Source: Octopus sinensis (Eukaryota). Taken from it: DNA of 53,202 bases. Positions 46,377 to 53,202 of the stretch are shown here, piece after piece. The stretch covers positions 1 through 53,202 of the forward strand of contig NW_021834656.1 in assembly GCF_006345805.1 (NCBI RefSeq), read 5' to 3'. Made by a program: the position numbers and the translations under genes. Each line of letters opens with the position of its first letter. The first letter of the stretch is position 1. The notes under the pieces were generated by a model. It ran no database searches. It was not told the DNA's origin and saw only the letters and a list, made by a program, of their open reading frames with translations.

Positions 46377-46409
46377 TAGTTATTGGATATACCAATTTAT
46401 ATTACCGTA

Positions 46410-46731
46410 TATTACTACGTGTGAGGCGCGGTTGAGAAAGACAGCAAGCGTTCTGCCTGCAACACCAAGACCGGGCTGCTGGCCAAGATCAATGAGGTGT
46501 TTGAAGATTTCCCAGAAATAAACTGAGGAACGGACGCATCAAGTTCTGGAACCGTCTGAGGCCCTGCTGGAAGCCGAGGATGGCTACTTTCAGTAAACTG
46601 CTATCTCCCAGCTATATTCAACTTGATAGTTTTTTTTTTGGTTTTTTTTTTTGTTAGAATGCTTTTGTTTTGGGATGGGATATTATGCTTCCTTTTCCTT
46701 TTATGCCGTCAAATTTAGCCCGAACACCCTG
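46410..46731 (+). mobile_element. Second maT-family 3' remnant
   Basis: YYV*GAVEKDSKRSACNTKTGLLAKINEVFEDFP..(fs)..LLEAEDGYFQ*, homologous to 23345-23527; ends in TIR-like CCGAACACCCTG. Confidence 0.75.
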
Positions 46732-47320
46732 TGCTATTTGTTCTAAACGATGGTAGATAAACGTTTTAGCATTATTCCAAGGGTTATCTATTTGAGGACA
46801 GCAACTACGAAATGCGTCAGTGGAAGGAGGATAGTCTTAAACTAAAACCGAGATATATCTTAAATTTACCTACATGTATATAAATACACACATATATACA
46901 GATAAGTGTATATGCTTGTGCTATTGATGTCTATATATACACACACACACGCACACATGCACACCAACAAAGACATATATGCGTACACATATCTCTTGTC
47001 ATTCAATATGTTGTTCAAAGATATCAACCTCAGAAGAAGATTAATTGCGAATGTATATGCAAGAAACGAGTTACGGAAATGATAAAGAAATTGAAAATGT
47101 ACTATGTATAAGATGTGATTGAAGAAAAGAGAAATATTCAGTGATGTTACTATAGTGAGCTATATGTACGAAAAAAATACACTGAAGGAAATAATAGATA
47201 CACAATTGTTCAGAAATCCAATATGATGGGTCAAACAAAATTACTACGGAGAAAGGTCATAAGTGATCGAAGTTTGAGCCTTATCACGCCATTTTTTTTT
47301 TCTGGCTTTACGGTGTAAGC

Positions 47321-48020
47321 ATGGCCGCTCCAATATCAATGTACACCAATGAAGAACAAAAAACACTGATCAGATTTCTCTGGTTGAAAAGTGCATCAGG
47401 TACTGAAATTCATCTGAGGCCTTTAGGACAATACGGGCACAGTGCACTACCACATAGAATTGTTTTGAGAAGCACTCCGTCGGTTACGACGACGAGGGTT
47501 CCGGTTGATCCGAATCAACGGAACAGCCTGCTCGTGAAATTAACGTGTAAGTGGCTGAGCACTCCACAGACACGTGTACCCTTAACGTAGTTCTCGGGGA
47601 TATTCAGCGTGACACAGAGAGTGACAAGGCCGGCCCTTGAAATACAGGTACAACAGAAAACAGAAGTAAGAGTGAGAGAAAGAGAAAGTTGTGTGAAAGA
47701 GTACAGCAGGGATCACCACCATCCCCTGCCGGAGCCTCGGGGAACTTTAGGTGTTTTCGCTCAATAAACACTCACAACGCCCGGTCTGGGAATCGAAACC
47801 GCGATTCTATGACCGCGAGTCCGCTGTCCTAACCACTGGGCCATTGCGCCTCCAACACGTAGAAGTGTTTACGAGTGGATCGAGAAGTTTAAAAGCGGCC
47901 GGGAAAGCGTGACGGTCGAAGAGGGATCAGAACGCCCGTCAACCTCCACCACTGACAAGAAGATTCGGGAAACGCGAAAGATGTTAATGGTGAACCGGTT
48001 CGCGATTACCATCTCTCGGA
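47321..48020 (+). mobile_element. Mariner transposase N-terminal (HTH) remnant interrupted by a SINE
   Basis: MAAPISMYTNEEQKTLIRFLWLKSASGTEIHLRPLGQYGHSALPHRIV resumes after the SINE as YEWIEKFKSGRESVTVEEGSERPSTSTTDKKI..NRFAITI. Confidence 0.85.
47466..47855 (-). mobile_element. SINE family C (head 1, tail X)
   Basis: Colinear with 16210-16576; diverged TSD CAC(A/G)TAGAA(T/G)TGTTT at 47451-47465 and 47856-47870. Confidence 0.92.
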
Positions 48021-48358
48021 TCACTGCTCTTTGTTCTCCTTGGGTGCACACTGCTGTGCTTACACTGCGACCACAACAGTACCAACTATAAGCACGCATG
48101 CGCGGAAGGCAGTGTGACAATAATAAAGATATGCTTGTGTGCGTTAGAATGCAATTATAGCTATATACTAGAAAAATTTATACGGTTTGGTGTATTTATG
48201 TTTCTATAAATATATGTTTGTAAGTGTCTGCCTGCATCTCTCTTAATACATAAATACTACATTTAATATGTATATATATATGTATATATATGATGTTAGA
48301 ATATACATATGTATGTGTATGTATATGTGCATATATGTATATTTAAATATACATAGGC

Positions 48359-48389
<31 letters not shown>

Positions 48390-48482
48390 CATACACACGT
48401 AGTTACACACACACATATACATATATGTACGTATAACTATCTATCTATTTCTCTCTCTCTATATATATATATATGTATGTGT

Positions 48483-48530
<48 letters not shown>

Positions 48531-49067
48531 ATGTGTATATATATGTGTGTGTGTGTATATATAGGTATATAGGATATATGGTATATATATATATATATAT
48601 TATATATATATATATGTAAATATATATGTGTGTGTGTGTGTGTGTGTGTATGTGTGCATGATGGTGTGTGGTGAGCATACATATGACAAAGTAGGTATAG
48701 CCTGGCGTCTAAAACATATGTACGCACAGTTACTATATGCGTATATATGTGTATATATGTTTATCCATATGTATATATACATGCATACATACATTACTGC
48801 GTATGTCTATATGCTACTGTTGGCATGTATGTGCATTATACATATTTAGTGCTATGTGTTCGTACATACATACATACATACATACATACACACATACATA
48901 CATACATACAGGTACATCTGCACACACATACACATATATAAATACATATATACATAATATATATGTATTCACACACAAATATATACGCAGAACATTTACA
49001 TATCTATGTATGTATTTCCCCATATGTATGGCAATAATGCATATATATATATATGTATATATATATG

Positions 49068-49105
<38 letters not shown>

Positions 49106-49419
49106 CGTGTGTGTGTGTGTGCGTGCGCGCACTCACACTCACACACATATATATATAAGTACACATACACAGTGGCATATACCTGCGCATATGTGTTTGT
49201 GTACGTGAGTGTGGGTGTGTGTATGTGTTTTTATGTGTGTGTACGTACGTGTGTGTGTCTGTGTGTCTGTGTGGTGAGAATTGATTAAAGCTTATGAAGA
49301 AATGAGGAGAAAATGAAATGTTCGAAATCTGAAGAAATCTTTAAATATAAAAGAAAAAAAAATAACGAAAAGTATACAGAAAAGATAAAAATTTAATTCC
49401 TGAAATAGAATCGAAAACC

Positions 49420-50040
49420 AACATGAATATCAGAAACACCAACAAAAACAACAAAAACAACAACAGTAGCAACAACAACAACAACTACAATTGCAACCCT
49501 CTCGCCTCCACTGTCTCAACCACACCGCCACCCACACCGATTACACAATTTTCATCGCCAACACCTAAATTCTTATTTTACCATCACCGCCAGCACCACC
49601 ATCAAGACCCCCCCCGCATCATCCATATCATATCGTTATTCTCAGCGCACCATCATCTTCACATCTTCACCATTCTCGCTTCCCCACCAACCCTACGCAC
49701 CCAACCCTCGTAACACTCCCATTCTTTTCCCGCCATTCTCCTACACCAGACTTCTTCAAAACTATCTTTAAAACCACCACCGCCACCACCACCATCTTCG
49801 CACGATATCTTTCTCACTTTACTACTATCTTTCCACCACCACCACCACCACCACCTTCGCCTCATTACCTTCAACACCCACATCCACCAACCCCCCACTG
49901 CCACCACTATCATACTCACCAAAACCTCAGACCCTTCCACGCCACAATCCTCATCAGAACTACTACACTACCATATCACTTCCATACACACCCATTGCAT
50001 TCATTACTATAACCACCAGCACCATCGCCGCCACACCGTT
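49420..50040. repeat. Degenerate (CAA/CAC/CAT)-rich low-complexity region
   Basis: Strongly C/A-skewed, with visible CAC and CAA runs; a similar tract lies at 51225-51480. Confidence 0.85.
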
Positions 50041-50131
50041 CATACGAAATACATTTTAGAAGTTTTGAGATTCTTAGCAGAGGCAGTTAGATATAACTGT
50101 CCTAGATTATTGTAATTTTAGTATATCTTTA

Positions 50132-50448
50132 CAATATGGTTCAGTGGCTAGAGCGTCGATCTTACGATCGTGAGGTTGTGAACTCGAATCTCGGACCGGG
50201 CTGCGTGTTGTGTTCTTGAACAAGACACTTTATTTCACTCAGCTGTAGAAATGAGTTGCGACGTTACAGGTGCCAAGCTGTATCGGTCTTTGCCTTTCCC
50301 TTGGATAACACTGGTGGCGTGGAGAGGGAAGGCCGGTATGCATGGGCGACTGCTGGTCTTCCATAAACAATCTTGCCCGGACTTGTGCCTGGGAGGGTAA
50401 CTTTGTAGATGCAATCCCATGATCTGTGTCGTGACCGAAGGGGGTCTC
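50132..50448 (+). mobile_element. tRNA-derived SINE family D (head 2, tail Z)
   Basis: TGGTTCAGTGGCTAG, ACTCGAATC, CAAGACACTTTATTTCAC, and tail ending GTGACCGAAGGGGGTCTC. Confidence 0.85.
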
Positions 50449-50879
50449 AGATAAGTAATAAGTTAACATGCCAAGTTATGTTACTCCAGATTGAAAGAGA
50501 CGGATGTAACAGCATTTTGAAAACATCCTACTAAGCACTGCTTGTCAGAATTCCATCCTTGTAACCAACTATTTGATAGAGGTGAGCATCAAAACTGTCC
50601 TTTCCCCTCCCTACAGTTCTGACTATTTATTCTGTGAATTTTGGTCGTCAAGCTCCAAGAGGAGATGAAGGAAGCTCTGACTTTGTAGGACTTCCATGTA
50701 GGCCTTCATGAAATGGCTGGAGGGTTACAAACAAGCACATTGATGTCAGTCGATCGTATTTTGAGGTAGATTAGAGTGATGTTGGAAATTAATAATTGTT
50801 TCTCTTGAAGTAGTCTCAAAACCTTTTGAATGCATCTCGTATCCCGTTCCATCACACTATCACTATAACACAACTAGGA

Positions 50880-51222
50880 TAAAGGTAAAGACTCCCTTCG
50901 GTCATGAATGACCATGGGATTGCAGCTAGAATTTTACCCTCCGAGACACAAGTCCAGACAAGGTTGTTTATGGAAGAGCAGCAGTCACCCAATCATACCA
51001 GCCTCTCCTCTCCATGCCACCAATGTTATCCAAGGGACAGACAAAGGCTGATACAGCGTGGGATCAGTGACGTCGCAACTCATTTCTGCAGATGTGTGAA
51101 CTGGAGCAACGTGAAATAAAGTGTCTAGCCCATGAGCACAACACACATACCGGTCCGGGAATTGAACTAACTACCACATGATTGTGAACCCGACGCTCTA
51201 ACCATTGAGCCATGCATCTTCA
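50880..51222 (-). mobile_element. SINE family D, inverted relative to 50132-50448
   Basis: Reverse complement is colinear with 50132-50448 and ends GACCGAAGGGAGTCTTTACCTTT. Confidence 0.88.
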
Positions 51223-51430
51223 CATAACACCACAACTACCATCACTATTACTATAACCAGTAACACTATCGTTACTATAGCATCAGCACCATGACACCCT
51301 CATCGCTTCACCATCAATATACCACTACAACCACCTCAACCGGCAGCAGCGGCAGCACCATCACCACCACCACCACCACCACCACCACCACCACCACTAT
51401 CAACACCACAACACCACCAGCACCACTACC

Positions 51431-51462
<32 letters not shown>

Positions 51463-51493
51463 CAACAAGCACACTCAGAGCACCTGAATATTT

Positions 51494-51696
51494 GTACGCC
51501 GGGAAAAATGCTTAGAAGCATTTCGTGACGGCTTTCCGTTCTGAGTTCCAATTCCACCGAGGTCGATTTTGCCATTCATTCTTTCGGGATCGATGAAATA
51601 ATAAAAATAAATGCCAATTGAACACTGGCGTCGATGTAATAGACTTATCTCCTCCCTACGAACTTGTTGGCCTTGTGCAAGAATATGAAATCAATA
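51494..51696 (+). mobile_element. Old SINE family B-like copy, 5'-truncated
   Basis: GTTCTGAGTTCCAATTCCACCGAGGTCGATTTTGCCATTCATTCTTTCGGGATCGAT core; tail like 25842-26030. Confidence 0.7.
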
Positions 51697-51920
51697 TTTG
51701 TACACCCGCCCAAAAAAGCCACGACCATCAGAGTATTAGCACAACATCATCCATTCTAAACAACAAGCAAAATCGACAACCATTCTCCAAAATAAACACC
51801 ACAGGCTCCACCTCACTGTCCTCTATGAAATACCGTCTCCACCAACATTAACACTATAACTTTATCAGTGATCTGTAATCACCGACCCAATCACGTTTCT
51901 ACTCTTTTGATCATCTAAAA

Positions 51921-52341
51921 CAGTGGTTCTCAACCATCATTCATCCATGGATACCATTCCTTAGTATTTCCTTCTGGCGGAACCCCTTCACCATTCGATG
52001 TTTAACAACTAGTGTTCCAGAAACTTCTTTCAGAATTGCTATTTTATTTTTCACACATTAACTTGTGTAAGTTGAACTATGTAAAATGTTAGAAAGAGAG
52101 AAACCTGGCTGTTTTTCGCAATACATGCCAATATATACACCTAAAACAGAGGTTCTTTACCATGTTTTGTCTATGGACACCTTTGGTTACAATTTTATTC
52201 TGTACCAATACATACATCTAAAGTAAAATTCTGTCAGGAGCCCTTACAATACTCAAGTGAATACCAAAAATTTAAACATAGACCCTCAAAAATCTTATAT
52301 AGACCCTCAAGAGTCATATAGACCCCGGTTGAGGGCCACTG
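51921..52341. mobile_element. hAT (Charlie-like) MITE, 421 bp
   Basis: TIRs CAGTGGTTCTCAACC / GGTTGAGGGCCACTG (13/15); exact 8-bp TSD ATCTAAAA at 51913-51920 and 52342-52349; three subterminal ATAGACCC repeats. Confidence 0.92.
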
Positions 52342-52619
52342 ATCTAAAACAATACATCGTACTTGAACTAATGTTGTACTAAAGTAATTTTGCCCAGTTA
52401 AATGCCGTATGGTTTATTTCCCTAATTAAGCGAAAATTAAGAAAAAAAAAATTACAGGTGGGGCAAATGAATATCAATAAGACTAATTAAGGTGTTGATT
52501 TTCATATTTAATTTGTTACTTAATAACAAGAATTATCCATTAGTAAAATTTATATCACCACATCACTATCATTATATCAGTGAAAATGTAAATTTTAGGT
52601 TTTACACGAATATAATAGT

Positions 52620-52925
52620 TCGTAATTACGATAATTAATAATTACAATACAAGTACATAATTAACAATATGATAATTAATAATTACAATAAGAAACATTT
52701 GCATAATAATTGCATAATTAAGTACGCAATTGCATAATTAATTACATGAGAATTACGTGATTACATGATCGACAAACACAAAATGATGGCATATTTAATA
52801 TGCCCAAGCACCTTTTAATTACATAATTGTGCATTAATTGCATCATAATTGCGCAATAATTACATGCATGGTAATTATATGATTAATAATAACATTAATT
52901 AATAATTATCCAGAGGACAATTATC
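52620..52925. repeat. TAATTA/CAATT-dense imperfect repeat
   Basis: 14 TAATTA hexamers counted in about 290 bp, plus several TAATTG/CAATTG. Confidence 0.7.
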
Positions 52926-53202
52926 AGGATCAATTATACCTGGGCAATTGTCAAGAGCGTGTAGTTGTGTGTGAGTTTGTTTGCGTACGTATGGGGTGTT
53001 GTTGCTGGGGAGAGGGCGCAGTTTTCCTGCTACCCGCCAATACCATCCCCTATATTCCATGATTACATGAGACCACCATCACTCTGTCAATATGACACTA
53101 CGAACATCATATGCAGCAACGTCAGTTCAATACCGGTACACCAATAACAATACACCGGTAAACCGATACTATCAGCGCTACATCATCTCCTCATCACCAT
53201 GT

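Overview
This is eukaryotic, AT-rich, repeat-saturated DNA with no host protein-coding gene that I can support. The SINE families, R4/Dong-type LINE pieces and extreme microsatellite load look like a coleoid cephalopod, probably Octopus, in intronic or intergenic sequence (inference from repeat style, not a database result). Almost all long ORFs in the track are translations of simple repeats. The real content is as follows. (1) About 25 tRNA-derived SINE copies from several families with interchangeable head and tail modules; I call them A, B, C and D as working labels. (2) Decayed non-LTR fragments: a Penelope-like RT plus GIY-YIG, an L1/Tx1-type LINE, RTE, and R4/Dong. (3) DNA transposon remnants: an internally deleted piggyBac with TTAA TSD, mariner and maT (DD37D) pieces, a hAT MITE with an 8-bp TSD, and a complete small Helitron. 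(4) Several foldback elements and two minisatellites. The most interesting signals are minimal type I hammerhead-ribozyme-like folds with covarying stems and non-canonical cores (1754-1791, 8855-8889, 7340-7376), a U6 snRNA/SINE-tail chimeric retrocopy (7512-7671), a pre-miRNA-like hairpin in unique sequence (2069-2155), a SINE family sharing its 3' tail with the Tx1-type LINE in the window, and SINE dimers and a trimer that moved as single units. All alignments and translations were done by eye, so boundaries without a TSD or TIR are approximate.
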